Shown: positions 8,563 to 17,138, counted from the first letter of the stretch. The stretch is DNA of 39,989 bases from Bacteroidales bacterium (GCA_031259205.1 JAIRLS010000014.1:1-39989); one strand, 5' to 3'. Notes: generated by a model from the letters alone, not told the origin. Program-made: numbers and translations.

Positions 8563-8582
8563 TTTCTACGAAGCAATACCGG

Positions 8583-8617
8583 AAAACGGTTTCCGAAAAT
8601 AACGGAAACCGTTTTTT
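8583..8617 (+). terminator. Rho-independent terminator of pfp
   Basis: AAAACGGTTTCCG (8583..8595) pairs perfectly with CGGAAACCGTTTT (8603..8615) across a 7-nt loop, and the stem runs into a T-tract. It lies 21 nt after the stop. Confidence 0.7.
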
Positions 8618-8718
8618 GATGTGGAATTTCGCTTTCCGGCCTGAAAAAACGACGTTTTTTGAAGAAATCTTGCGAAAAGAATGAAATATCTTGCGTTATG
8701 TTTTAGTCATTAAGATAC

Positions 8719-10098
8719 GTGGAATCCTATTCGTTATCGGATTTTAACCAATTGGTGCGACAATCGTTGGAACAGTCATTACCGGACATGTACTGGATTG
8801 TGGCGGAAATTAACGAAATCAGCATCAACAAAGGCCACTGTTTCATGGAACTGATTGAGAAAGACCGTGAAGGAGAGCAGATTATTGCCAAAGCCCGCGC
8901 CAACATCTGGGCGTATCATTTCAGGATGTTGCATCCCTATTTCAAAAGCATGACAGGCCATGAACTGGCCGCCGGCTTGAAGGTGATGGTTCGAGTAAGC
9001 GCTTCGTTTCATGAACTTTACGGATTCAGTTTGCAGATAAGCGACATCAATCCCTCCTTTACGGCAGGCGATTTGGCGCTGCAAAAACAGCAAATACTGT
9101 ATCAATTGGAAACGGAGGGAGTCATTGATATGAACAGGGAATTGGAAATGGCGGAAGTCCCGTTAAGGATTGCTGTGATATCCTCGTCTTCGGCGGCGGG
9201 ATACGGCGACTTTTCCGACCAGTTGCGCGGCAATCCCGCAGGCTACGCTTTCCATCCCGTCCTGTTTCCTGCCCTCATGCAAGGCCACGAAGCCGAAAAA
9301 TCCGTTACGGAAGCGCTGGAAAGAATTTTTGATTGCCGGGATGATTTTGATGTGGTGGTCATCATTCGAGGAGGTGGCTCCCAAAGCGACCTGCATTGTT
9401 TCAACAGCTACCGGATAGTCAGCTCTATTGCGCAGTTTCCCCTTCCCGTCATTACAGGCATAGGACACGAACGCGACGAAACTATTGCCGACCGCGTTGC
9501 CCATACCGCGCTAAAAACCCCCACCGCAACGGCTGAATACCTGATTGACCGCGTTGCCCGGTTCGACGGTTATTTGTGGGAATTGTCGCAACGACTGGTG
9601 TCGGCGACGGAAACCGTCCTGCAACCTGCTGTGGAAAATTTGAAGGAACAGACATATCGGTTACGTCATGTTCTACAAACCGCCGTTCATCAACAGGAAA
9701 AATGGTTGATGGAGTATTCTTTCCGGTTTAATCGCGCCGCAAGCGATGCGTTATCGCGCAAACAGACCGAACAACGCCAGCGGGAAGCCGTTCTTCGTTC
9801 GGCAGTGCAAAACACCCTCTCGGTAAGGAAAAACGTATTGCCGGAATTGGAAAAACGCCTCAACAACGCCTTCCGGACAAGGTTCAACGTCGAAAAAATG
9901 CAGATTGTCCGGTGGGAGGACAAAATACATCTGCTCAATCCTGCACGCTTGATGGAAAGGGGTTATTCTCTCACACTTTCCGGCGGACGAATCGTTCGCA
10001 GTATTGACGAACTTGCGGAAGGGCAATCCATCGAAACTCGCTTCAAAGACGGTTCCGTCGAAAGCGTCGTAGTAAGAATGGTTGCCGAAGAAAAATAA
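8719..10098 (+). CDS. xseA: Exodeoxyribonuclease VII large subunit
   Basis: 459 aa. The N-terminal OB-fold segment is LSDFNQLVRQSLEQSLPDMYWIVAEINEIS...GHCFMELIEK. Core motifs are RIAVISSSSAAGYGDF, VVVIIRGGGSQSDL and PVITGIGHERDETIAD. GTG 8719 is the first start codon after the in-frame TAG at 8704..8706. Confidence 0.9.
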   Translation: MESYSLSDFNQLVRQSLEQSLPDMYWIVAEINEISINKGHCFMELIEKDREGEQIIAKARANIWAYHFRMLHPYFKSMTGHELAAGLKVMVRVSASFHELYGFSLQISDINPSFTAGDLALQKQQILYQLETEGVIDMNRELEMAEVPLRIAVISSSSAAGYGDFSDQLRGNPAGYAFHPVLFPALMQGHEAEKSVTEALERIFDCRDDFDVVVIIRGGGSQSDLHCFNSYRIVSSIAQFPLPVITGIGHERDETIADRVAHTALKTPTATAEYLIDRVARFDGYLWELSQRLVSATETVLQPAVENLKEQTYRLRHVLQTAVHQQEKWLMEYSFRFNRAASDALSRKQTEQRQREAVLRSAVQNTLSVRKNVLPELEKRLNNAFRTRFNVEKMQIVRWEDKIHLLNPARLMERGYSLTLSGGRIVRSIDELAEGQSIETRFKDGSVESVVVRMVAEEK

Positions 10099-10108
10099 AC
10101 GCAAGCCT

Positions 10109-11158
10109 TTACAGCACCAGCATCGCGTCGCCGTATGCACCGAACCGGTATTTTTCTTTCACCGCCAATTCATAAATATCCATCAGCCGTTCGTAACCGG
10201 TGAAGGCGGACGTCATCATCATCATCGTGGACATGGGCAGGTGGAAATTGGTCACGATGGAGGTGGGGACAGCTACTTCATAGGGCGGAAAGATAAATTT
10301 GTTCGTCCACGTGTCGGCAGGCTTCAGCCTTCCGTTGGTGGATACGGAACTTTCCAATGTTCTCAGCACGGTGGTGCCTACCGAACAGACCTCAGCTTTT
10401 TTGTCCTTTGCCGCATTGATTACTTTGGCAGCTTCTTCGGAAACAAGCATTTGTTCGGAGTCCATTTTATGTTTGGTGAGGTCTTCCACATCGACGCCCC
10501 GGAAATTGCCCAATCCCATGTGAAGGGTAATCTCTGCCGTGTCGATTCCTTTAATTTCGAATCGTTTAAGCAGTTCGCGGCTGAAGTGCAGGCCGGCCGA
10601 AGGAGCTGCTACGGCGCCTTCGTGTTTGGCAAAGATCGTCTGGTAGCGTTCTTTGTCGTCCGGGATGGCCTCGCGTTTGATGGATTTCGGCAACGGCGTT
10701 TTTCCCATCGAGAACAGGATGGATTTGAATTTCGCATGGTCGCCGTCGAAGAGGAAGCGAAGCGTTCGGCCCCGCGAGGTCGTATTGTCAATCACTTCGG
10801 CTACCAATGCGTCATTATCCCCGAAATAAAGTTTGTTGCCGATGCGGATTTTGCGTGCCGGATCCACCAATACGTCCCACAAACGCTGTTCGGCATTTAG
10901 CTCCCTCAGCAGGAAGACTTCAATCTGCGCACCGGTTTTTTCCTTATTGCCGTGCAGTCGGGCAGGAAAGACCTTGGTATTGTTAAAAACGACGACATCG
11001 CCCTCATTGAAATAGTCAATGATATTTTTAAAGACGCGATGTTCGATGTGGTCATACTTTCGGTTGATGACCATCAAACGGGATTCATCCCGATGAGCCG
11101 CCGGGAATTTGGCTATCAGCTCCGGCGGAAGGTGAAATTTATACTGTGAAAGTCGCAT
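10109..11158 (-). CDS. queA: S-adenosylmethionine:tRNA ribosyltransferase-isomerase
   Basis: 349 aa. N-terminus [30 protein letters not shown]. Also [13 protein letters not shown] and [12 protein letters not shown], with the C-terminus [11 protein letters not shown]. Confidence 0.95.
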   Translation of the reverse strand: MRLSQYKFHLPPELIAKFPAAHRDESRLMVINRKYDHIEHRVFKNIIDYFNEGDVVVFNNTKVFPARLHGNKEKTGAQIEVFLLRELNAEQRLWDVLVDPARKIRIGNKLYFGDNDALVAEVIDNTTSRGRTLRFLFDGDHAKFKSILFSMGKTPLPKSIKREAIPDDKERYQTIFAKHEGAVAAPSAGLHFSRELLKRFEIKGIDTAEITLHMGLGNFRGVDVEDLTKHKMDSEQMLVSEEAAKVINAAKDKKAEVCSVGTTVLRTLESSVSTNGRLKPADTWTNKFIFPPYEVAVPTSIVTNFHLPMSTMMMMTSAFTGYERLMDIYELAVKEKYRFGAYGDAMLVL

Positions 11159-11185
11159 GTTATGATAGGTTTAGGTTATGGCATT

Positions 11186-11929
11186 TTAAAGAACTAATTT
11201 TTGGAGGGCTTGTTCGAAGAGTTCGGGTATCAAGGCCTCGTTAACCTTAAAGTTTCCGATGGCCGTTCTCCTCAAACCGGTCAAACAGGCTCCGCTATGC
11301 AGCCGCGTTCCCAGATCGCGGGCAAACGCCCTGACATAGGTGCCTTTGCTGCATCGCATTTTTATTTCGACTACAGGCGGTTCGAAACGGATCACTTCCA
11401 AACGGCTGATATGAATTGCGTTGGGAGGCAATTCGATGTTCGAACCTTTTCTGGCAAAGGTATAGGCACGTTTTCCCTGCCATTTTTTTGCCGAGAACAA
11501 AGGAGGCACTTGCTGCGTTTCGCCCAAAAAACTTTCCAGCGTTTGTTCCAGCAATTCCCGCGTGATATGCTCAAAAGGGAATAGGCCGCTGGTTTCGGTT
11601 TCCAGATCGCAGGACGTCGTTGTGCGTCCCAATTCAATGACGGCTATGTATTCCTTATCCATATCCGTCCACTCGCGAATGCGCTTGGTGGCTTTTCCCG
11701 AACAGACGATCATCAGTCCGGTGGCCAGCGGGTCGAGCGTTCCGGCATGTCCTACCTTTAATTTTTTTATTTTCAACTTGTGGGTGATAAGGTTGCGTGT
11801 TTTTTGCACCACGTCAAACGATGTCCACCGCAAGGGTTTATCTATTAAAATCACTTGTCCGTCAATAAAATCTGCGGCTATAGGGCTACTATCCTGATGA
11901 AACAGGCGGAGGGGAATTTCGTCCAGCAT
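11186..11929 (-). CDS. truB: tRNA pseudouridine(55) synthase
   Basis: 247 aa. ILIDKPLRWTSFDVV, and the catalytic-Asp motif VGHAGTLDPLATGLMIV. Confidence 0.95.
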   Translation of the reverse strand: MLDEIPLRLFHQDSSPIAADFIDGQVILIDKPLRWTSFDVVQKTRNLITHKLKIKKLKVGHAGTLDPLATGLMIVCSGKATKRIREWTDMDKEYIAVIELGRTTTSCDLETETSGLFPFEHITRELLEQTLESFLGETQQVPPLFSAKKWQGKRAYTFARKGSNIELPPNAIHISRLEVIRFEPPVVEIKMRCSKGTYVRAFARDLGTRLHSGACLTGLRRTAIGNFKVNEALIPELFEQALQKLVL

Positions 11930-11935
11930 TCCTGT

Positions 11936-12724
11936 TTAATTGAAGATGAGCACTGCTGTGCCGACGACAGCACAATAAACCGCAAACCAGATGAGTTTGC
12001 CTTTTTTCACTAATTTCAACATCCACGAACAGGCAAAGAATCCCGATACAAAAGCGGCAACAAACCCCGTTAGAAGCGATAAAAAAGGGATTGTCGATGT
12101 TTCCGACGATAAACCGCCGCCGGCCAAGTCGAGGAAACATTGACCAAGTATGGGAATCAGCACCATCAGGAAGGAGAAGCCGGCTATGTTTTCTTTCCTG
12201 TTTCCCAGTAAAATGCCCGTCGAAATGGTTGCTCCCGAGCGGGAAAGACCGGGCATGACGGCACATGCCTGTGCGACGCCGATAATGAACGCATCCGTAA
12301 ACGTAATTTTCTCTTTTTGCCGTGGACGGGCGTAATATGCAAACGCCAGCAAAGCGGCTGTCAGCAACAGCATGGCGCCAACAATCGTTAATCCGCCGGA
12401 GAAGATTTCTTCCACTCTGTCCTTCCATAATAATCCGACAACGGCCACCGGAACGGCAGAAAGCAATAATTTGGCTATGAGCCTTGTTTCTTCGTTCCAT
12501 GCAAACCGGAACAAACTCCGCACCAGTTGAAGGATTTCCCGACGCAACACAATGACGGTACTCAACACCGTAGCGGTGTGCACTGCAACGGCAAAGGTCA
12601 GGTTATCAGTGACGGGAACATCCAACAAAGCAGCGCCAATGTTCAAATGCCCGCTACTGCTTACCGGCAAAAATTCGGTAAACCCCTGTACTATTCCTAA
12701 AATAAGCGCTTCGATGCAATCCAT
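11936..12724 (-). CDS. uppP: Undecaprenyl-diphosphate phosphatase
   Basis: 262 aa polytopic membrane protein with GIVQGFTEFLPVSSSGHL and PGLSRSGATISTGILLG. Confidence 0.95.
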   Translation of the reverse strand: MDCIEALILGIVQGFTEFLPVSSSGHLNIGAALLDVPVTDNLTFAVAVHTATVLSTVIVLRREILQLVRSLFRFAWNEETRLIAKLLLSAVPVAVVGLLWKDRVEEIFSGGLTIVGAMLLLTAALLAFAYYARPRQKEKITFTDAFIIGVAQACAVMPGLSRSGATISTGILLGNRKENIAGFSFLMVLIPILGQCFLDLAGGGLSSETSTIPFLSLLTGFVAAFVSGFFACSWMLKLVKKGKLIWFAVYCAVVGTAVLIFN

Positions 12725-12834
12725 TAGATATCTTGAAAAAAAAAATTCTACAAAAAATGTGCCGTAACATTAAGGATGAATTTTAAAATACAAAAAAAAC
12801 ATCAATAATGTATTGCTATTTTAAAATAAGTATG

Positions 12835-12842
12835 TACCTTTG
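12835..12842 (+). promoter_or_regulatory. -7 promoter box TACCTTTG for tRNA-Asn
   Basis: Exact TAnnTTTG match 31 nt upstream of the tRNA. Confidence 0.45.
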
Positions 12843-12872
12843 CATCGCTTATTCAGGATGTTATTTGCATAT

Positions 12873-12946
12873 TCCTCAGTAGCTCAGTTGGTTAGAGCAC
12901 CTGACTGTTAATCAGGGAGTCGTAGGTTCAAGTCCTACCTGGGGAG
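12873..12946 (+). tRNA. tRNA-Asn (anticodon GTT)
   Basis: Acceptor TCCTCAG/CTGGGGA, D arm GCTC/GAGC, anticodon loop CTGTTAA, T arm GTAGG-TTCAAGT-CCTAC, discriminator G. The gene is 74 nt. Confidence 0.9.
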
Positions 12947-13397
12947 CTATTGATGAGGGGCTATCGTTAAAATCGGGTATTTCGGACGGTGTTTGTTGCT
13001 GTAAGAGTTGATCTTCCCCCAGACGGTTTTTTATTTCTTCCAAAAATGTTCGTATTTGTTGCAATGAACGGACAACATGGAAATTATTGTCGGCGTCGAG
13101 GCGGTTTTCCCTGATTTTCTTTCGAGCGCCTTTCAGCGTCATGCCGCGTTTTTTTACGTAGTAATGAATAAGCCCTATTGCGTCGATGTCCTTTTGAGTG
13201 AACAGGCGGTTTCCTTTTTTGTTTTTTTGCGGACGGATAATATCAAATTCATTTCCCCAATAGCGTATCAACGAAGCGTTGACGCCAAATTTAGCGGCTA
13301 CTTCCCCAATGGAGTAAAAATGTTTTTCTTCGTCCACAGGGGGTGTTTTAGGGTTTGTGTTCTTTTCCATCTTTTTAGTCGAATGTTTTGCCGACAT
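12912..13397 (-). CDS. Small MerR-family HTH transcriptional regulator
   Basis: 161 aa. The MerR HTH is YSIGEVAAKFGVNASLIRYWGNEFDIIRPQKNKKGNRLFTQKDIDAI. An alternative start is ATG 13370 (MEKNTNPK), 4 nt after the M23 stop. The last ~12 codons (IAPQVGLEPTTP) are antisense to the 3' half of tRNA-Asn. Confidence 0.8.
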   Translation of the reverse strand: MSAKHSTKKMEKNTNPKTPPVDEEKHFYSIGEVAAKFGVNASLIRYWGNEFDIIRPQKNKKGNRLFTQKDIDAIGLIHYYVKKRGMTLKGARKKIRENRLDADNNFHVVRSLQQIRTFLEEIKNRLGEDQLLQQQTPSEIPDFNDSPSSIAPQVGLEPTTP

Positions 13398-14334
13398 TAG
13401 CCAAATCGTGCATCAGCACATATTGTTCGGGCGTCAGGTCGATAAAAAAATAATTGATGGGGTTCATCGGTTTGCCGTTTTTGTGCACCTCGTAGTGCAG
13501 GTGCGGGCCGATGGATATGCCTGTGTTGCCGACCGTTCCGATGACTTGTCCCCGTTTCACTTTGTGGCCTTCTTTTACGGCATAGGCGTCGAGATGGGCA
13601 TAAAGCGTCCGGTAGCCGTTGCCATGGTCGATGATCAGGCAATCGCCGAAGCCTGTCATTACGCCTTTCTGTGCCACGGTTCCGTCGCCCGTAGCGTACA
13701 CTTTGGTGCCGATGGGCGCGGTAAAATCCATTCCTTTATGGAAAAATTTAGTCCCGAAGATGGGATGTATCCTTTCTCCGAAACCGGAAGCGGTATGGCT
13801 CAAATCATTGTTGTCGACCGGCTGTATGGCAGGACGCGAGCGCAATGTCTGTTCCTGCTTTTTCGTCTGGTTGAGCAGTTCATCATAGGATACGGATTGA
13901 ATGTGCATTTGTCTGGCAAGTTTGTCGATCTGTTGATCGACTTCCCGTATCAGATCCGAGTTGGAATAGTTCCTCAGTTTTTCGTAGCGGTTTATTCCGC
14001 CCGTTCCAGCCTGTCGTACCGTTTGCGGGATGGGTTCGGATTCGAAAATCATGCGGTAAATATTATCGTCCCGTTGTTGTATGTCTGCCAGCACTATTTT
14101 CAACTGATCCATTTTCCGGTTAAGGTTTTGATAATTGGAAGTCATCTGGTTCAGTTCGCGTGCAATCACCCTTTCCTGCGGCGTTTCGAAAAACAGCGAA
14201 AAAGCCAAATAACTCAAAATAATGATGGTTATTGATGCGGTAAGGTACGTAAATATCTTTACGACAGTATATCGTATGGTCGTTTTGATTTTATCGTAAC
14301 TTAACAGTTCCGGATTGTATTTGTACTTTGTCAT
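13375..14334 (-). CDS. Membrane-anchored M23 (LytM-type) metallopeptidase
   Basis: 319 aa. N-terminal TM helix (IFTYLTASITIIILSYLAFSLFF), then a coiled-coil region. The Zn motifs are HKGMD (HxxxD) and PHLHYEV (HxH). Confidence 0.9.
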   Translation of the reverse strand: MTKYKYNPELLSYDKIKTTIRYTVVKIFTYLTASITIIILSYLAFSLFFETPQERVIARELNQMTSNYQNLNRKMDQLKIVLADIQQRDDNIYRMIFESEPIPQTVRQAGTGGINRYEKLRNYSNSDLIREVDQQIDKLARQMHIQSVSYDELLNQTKKQEQTLRSRPAIQPVDNNDLSHTASGFGERIHPIFGTKFFHKGMDFTAPIGTKVYATGDGTVAQKGVMTGFGDCLIIDHGNGYRTLYAHLDAYAVKEGHKVKRGQVIGTVGNTGISIGPHLHYEVHKNGKPMNPINYFFIDLTPEQYVLMHDLANVGKTFD

Positions 14335-14336
14335 GT

Positions 14337-16016
14337 TTACAGGTTATTTCCTTTTCTGACTTTTTTAATCGCGTGGGATTGCCCTGCTGCTCTGTGAGCC
14401 TTGATTTTGGCGCTCAGTTTTCCTGTTTTCCTGTCGTGCAGCAGCATGGCTTTCAGTTCGGCAGGCGTGTAGGTATTCAGGTTTCCGGATTTCACCAGGG
14501 TTTGCGTTTCGGTGTTGGAGAAGGGTTCGGGAGCGGTTTTTTTAACGGCGGCACGGCTTTTTTGCAGGGACATGTTGACAGGGACGCCGTTGACGAATTT
14601 CAGCGGTTTGCCGCCTTCTGACGAAATGAAATAGAAATTGTTGTCTTCGTTTACTTCCGTTATCTTGTCGTAGGAATCAGCCATTACCACCAGATAGTAT
14701 TCGCCGTTCACCGTAGCAGGCATGTTGTAGAAAATCTCAAACATTCCCGCGCCATACTCGGCTTCGCCGGCCTTTTTACCCGGCGCTACCGGATAGTTGT
14801 TGAACCAGCCGCCACCCGAAAGGAAACCGGTATTGGGCACGTGGCCGTTGCCTGCGCCGTACCTTACGGTGTAGTAATCTTCGAAAATGATGCTGTACTG
14901 TTTGGCATTTTTGGCGTTGTACAGCATGTAAGTCACCGTCCAGTCCTGCGCGGGAGTGATGACAGTGTTGCCGGAGTTATATACTTCGTAGGAAAACGCG
15001 CGATTGAATTCAGGTTCGTTATCTTCCGGGGTTGTAGCCCGGTCTTCCGCATAGTAGGCGAGCAGATCGTATCCGCTGCTCAGGTTTCCGGAGCCTATGC
15101 CGTTGTTGTCTACCGTCACGTTGTTTACGTTTTGCGCCACGAATGCGGCAAAACAGAAATTTTTACAGAAAAAGTTATAGTCCACCCAGATGCTGCCGTT
15201 GTCGCCCCATGAAGTGTTCCACGAGTTGCGGACGCGGAAAGCCTGCCGAGCGTCGTCGTAGCCTACCAGCACCATAGCGTGATAGGCATGTTGCATGCCG
15301 GGATTGTTGTAGGTGTCGTTACTGATGACGCCGCTGCCTTTCCACGACATGAAACGGTCGCCCAGTTTCGCGCCGAACGCAACGGGACGTTTGGCATTCA
15401 GGTAACCCTTGAAATTGGCTACCGTCAGCCCTTCCGTTTCCGAAGCGATTTTGCGGTAGTTGGCAAGTTTGTTGTTTTCTCCTTTTCCTGTGGACGAACC
15501 GGTACAGTTTACCGATGTGGTGTAAGGGACGGTATTGAGGGAACCTATATGGTAAGCAATCATGGCGTCCAGCGCCAGTTCGAAGGTGGTGCCCTCGCAG
15601 TTGCTGTTTCTTTTTCCGGCGGGAATAGCGAGCCACAAGTCTTGCGGGCTGGTTTGGTTGTTTTTGTTCGCCAGTTGCGAAGCGTTCCATCCTTTTTCGA
15701 TGGCATTCAGCGCCGTTTTCAGGTTGTATGCTGTCGCCCATGCCACGCAGGTGCCGTAAATTCCCTGATCGCCGACGGGCGGAAACTTTGATTCCAGCGA
15801 CACCTCGCCTGCCAACGTATCTCCGTTGTCGGGAAAGGGGGAAATGTCCTCCGGAATGTTGTCCATGTCTTCACTTTCCGCCAGCCATCCGGTTTGCGAC
15901 AATATCTGGGAGATGTAGTCGATAATTTCAAGCGCGTCCTCGCAACTGTGGAACGTCAGCGAAAACGGCGCTATCGCAATCAGGGCAATAATCAGATTTT
16001 TTTTTAAACTGTGCAT
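14337..16016 (-). CDS. Secreted or lipoprotein C1 (papain-family) cysteine peptidase with a CARDB-like C-terminal domain and a basic tail
   Basis: 559 aa. Signal peptide plus lipobox (SLTFHSCED). Catalytic Cys context DQGIYGTCVAWATAY, His context AYHAMVLVGYDD, Asn/Trp context NSWNTSWGDNGSIWV. The C-terminal region carries a CARDB-type signature (YYLVVMADSYDKITEVNEDNNFYF). The last ~70 aa are Lys/Arg-rich. Confidence 0.85.
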   Translation of the reverse strand: MHSLKKNLIIALIAIAPFSLTFHSCEDALEIIDYISQILSQTGWLAESEDMDNIPEDISPFPDNGDTLAGEVSLESKFPPVGDQGIYGTCVAWATAYNLKTALNAIEKGWNASQLANKNNQTSPQDLWLAIPAGKRNSNCEGTTFELALDAMIAYHIGSLNTVPYTTSVNCTGSSTGKGENNKLANYRKIASETEGLTVANFKGYLNAKRPVAFGAKLGDRFMSWKGSGVISNDTYNNPGMQHAYHAMVLVGYDDARQAFRVRNSWNTSWGDNGSIWVDYNFFCKNFCFAAFVAQNVNNVTVDNNGIGSGNLSSGYDLLAYYAEDRATTPEDNEPEFNRAFSYEVYNSGNTVITPAQDWTVTYMLYNAKNAKQYSIIFEDYYTVRYGAGNGHVPNTGFLSGGGWFNNYPVAPGKKAGEAEYGAGMFEIFYNMPATVNGEYYLVVMADSYDKITEVNEDNNFYFISSEGGKPLKFVNGVPVNMSLQKSRAAVKKTAPEPFSNTETQTLVKSGNLNTYTPAELKAMLLHDRKTGKLSAKIKAHRAAGQSHAIKKVRKGNNL

Positions 16017-16038
16017 AATAATGTTATCTATTTGAATA

Positions 16039-16854
16039 TTAAGGCATGAAATTTTCTTTCAACAGAAAAAAAGTGTTTTCAAAATTCTTTTCGCTGAAGG
16101 TAGTTTGTACGAAATCGGCTGCGGACAGGAAACGGGAGGACGAAAAATCCGCATGTTTTCTGAATTGCGTATGGTGGAAAAATGCGTTGCCGTCAATCTC
16201 CATCATGCTGAAATCGGCTCTTCCTTCCACCGTATTATGGTCGAACATCAATTTTCCCTTTACGGACGTTTCCTGAAAGGACACGTTGCCGTCGAACTTT
16301 GCATTGATGCAGTACAGGTTTCCTGCAAAGGCGGCATAAACAACCGAAAAATCTTTCTCGGCGGCAATTTCTGAAAAATAACTGTCCTTTGCCCATACTG
16401 CCAAATGATTGAAAGAGGCGTTTTCGCGGAAAACAGATTGGCTGAAATTAACCGTTCCGAACACCGCCGCATCGTCAAAATCCACTTCATCGCGAAAATC
16501 GCACGACACGAATATCACATTGTTCCTGAAGCAGGTATGAACAGGCAATTTGTCTTTTCCACCTGCACGGTTGGATGTTACCCGTCCGGTGAAAATGCAA
16601 TTGATAAAAAAAATGTTGGATTGTACTTCGCGTTGCAACGCTGCAACGCTGAATATCACAGGCACGCCGTCCTGCGTAAAGTCCAAATCGCCGATAATGA
16701 TTTTGTCCGCCATTTGCACGGGTTTTCCTTTTTTCAAAAGTCGAACAATTTCCGACGCTTTTATCTCTCCCTTCTCTGTCCCTGTGCAGGAAAGACAGAT
16801 GTTTGCAATAAGGACAACCGATACGGCATAACGCAATTGCTTCATGATACCCAT
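16039..16854 (-). CDS. Pentapeptide-repeat lipoprotein, function unknown
   Basis: ORF track 16039..16917. Start trimmed to ATG 16854 (MGIMKQLRYAVSVVLIANICLSCTG; ATG 16845 is also possible), since an exact -7 box lies 23 nt upstream. From roughly residue 120 a hydrophobic residue (mostly F) recurs every fifth position (CDFRDEVDFDDAAVFGTVNFSQSVFRENASFNH ... ADFSSSRFLSAADFVQTTFSEKNFENTFF). Confidence 0.75.
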   Translation of the reverse strand: MGIMKQLRYAVSVVLIANICLSCTGTEKGEIKASEIVRLLKKGKPVQMADKIIIGDLDFTQDGVPVIFSVAALQREVQSNIFFINCIFTGRVTSNRAGGKDKLPVHTCFRNNVIFVSCDFRDEVDFDDAAVFGTVNFSQSVFRENASFNHLAVWAKDSYFSEIAAEKDFSVVYAAFAGNLYCINAKFDGNVSFQETSVKGKLMFDHNTVEGRADFSMMEIDGNAFFHHTQFRKHADFSSSRFLSAADFVQTTFSEKNFENTFFLLKENFMP

Positions 16855-16876
16855 TTTTATAATAAAAAAGAAGATG

Positions 16877-16884
16877 CAAATGTA
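16877..16884 (-). promoter_or_regulatory. -7 promoter box TACATTTG for the pentapeptide/C1/M23/MerR operon
   Basis: Exact TAnnTTTG match on the minus strand, 23 nt upstream of ATG 16854. The four genes are separated by 22, 2 and 4 nt (or an overlap). Confidence 0.5.
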
Positions 16885-16924
16885 AAAAATTTTTCCAACA
16901 TATCTTTTGTCGGACATAAAAAGA

Positions 16925-17138
16925 TTAATTCTTTTTTTGAGATGCTATGAAAAACAATTTTTCTGACCTCCACTATAACACGAATGTAGAGGCGAAAGCC
17001 ATCCGCTTTGGAGAATGCGGACGTCCTGAATTGAAAATCGACGCAGTCAAAGGACTTTTAAGAGGGATGATAGGGAAAAAAGCAGAAACAAAACACGGAT
17101 GGAACAGTCCACTGCCCCATAGCGCCTCAAAAAAAGAA
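16925..17138. repeat. Copy B (~214 bp) of the repeat family with terminal inverted repeats
   Basis: The left end CTTTTTTTGAGATGCTAT (16931..16948) matches the reverse complement of the right end ATAGCGCCTCAAAAAAAG (17119..17136) at 16 of 18 positions. It shares end blocks and the GAATGT-GAGGCGAAAG block with copy A (6461..6620). Confidence 0.65.

Noticed and set aside
8563-10108. Searched for xseB (exonuclease VII small subunit) next to xseA.
   Set aside because: No ORF of 60-80 codons lies on either side. Upstream there is only a 21-codon ORF, and downstream queA converges after 10 nt. xseB is presumably elsewhere in the genome, so this is not evidence of loss.
10082-10900. Long antisense ORFs opposite well-identified genes. 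Examples: 10082..10900(+) opposite queA, 13357..14235(+) opposite the M23 peptidase, 2648..3472(-) opposite purL, 27615..28332(+) and 30369..30881(+) opposite ileS, 37374..38093(-) opposite ltaE, 38168..39052(-) opposite the Smr gene.
   Set aside because: The opposite strand carries full-length proteins with clear family motifs. The antisense translations are Arg/Gly/His/Phe-rich with no motifs, as expected for shadow frames in moderately GC-rich coding DNA.
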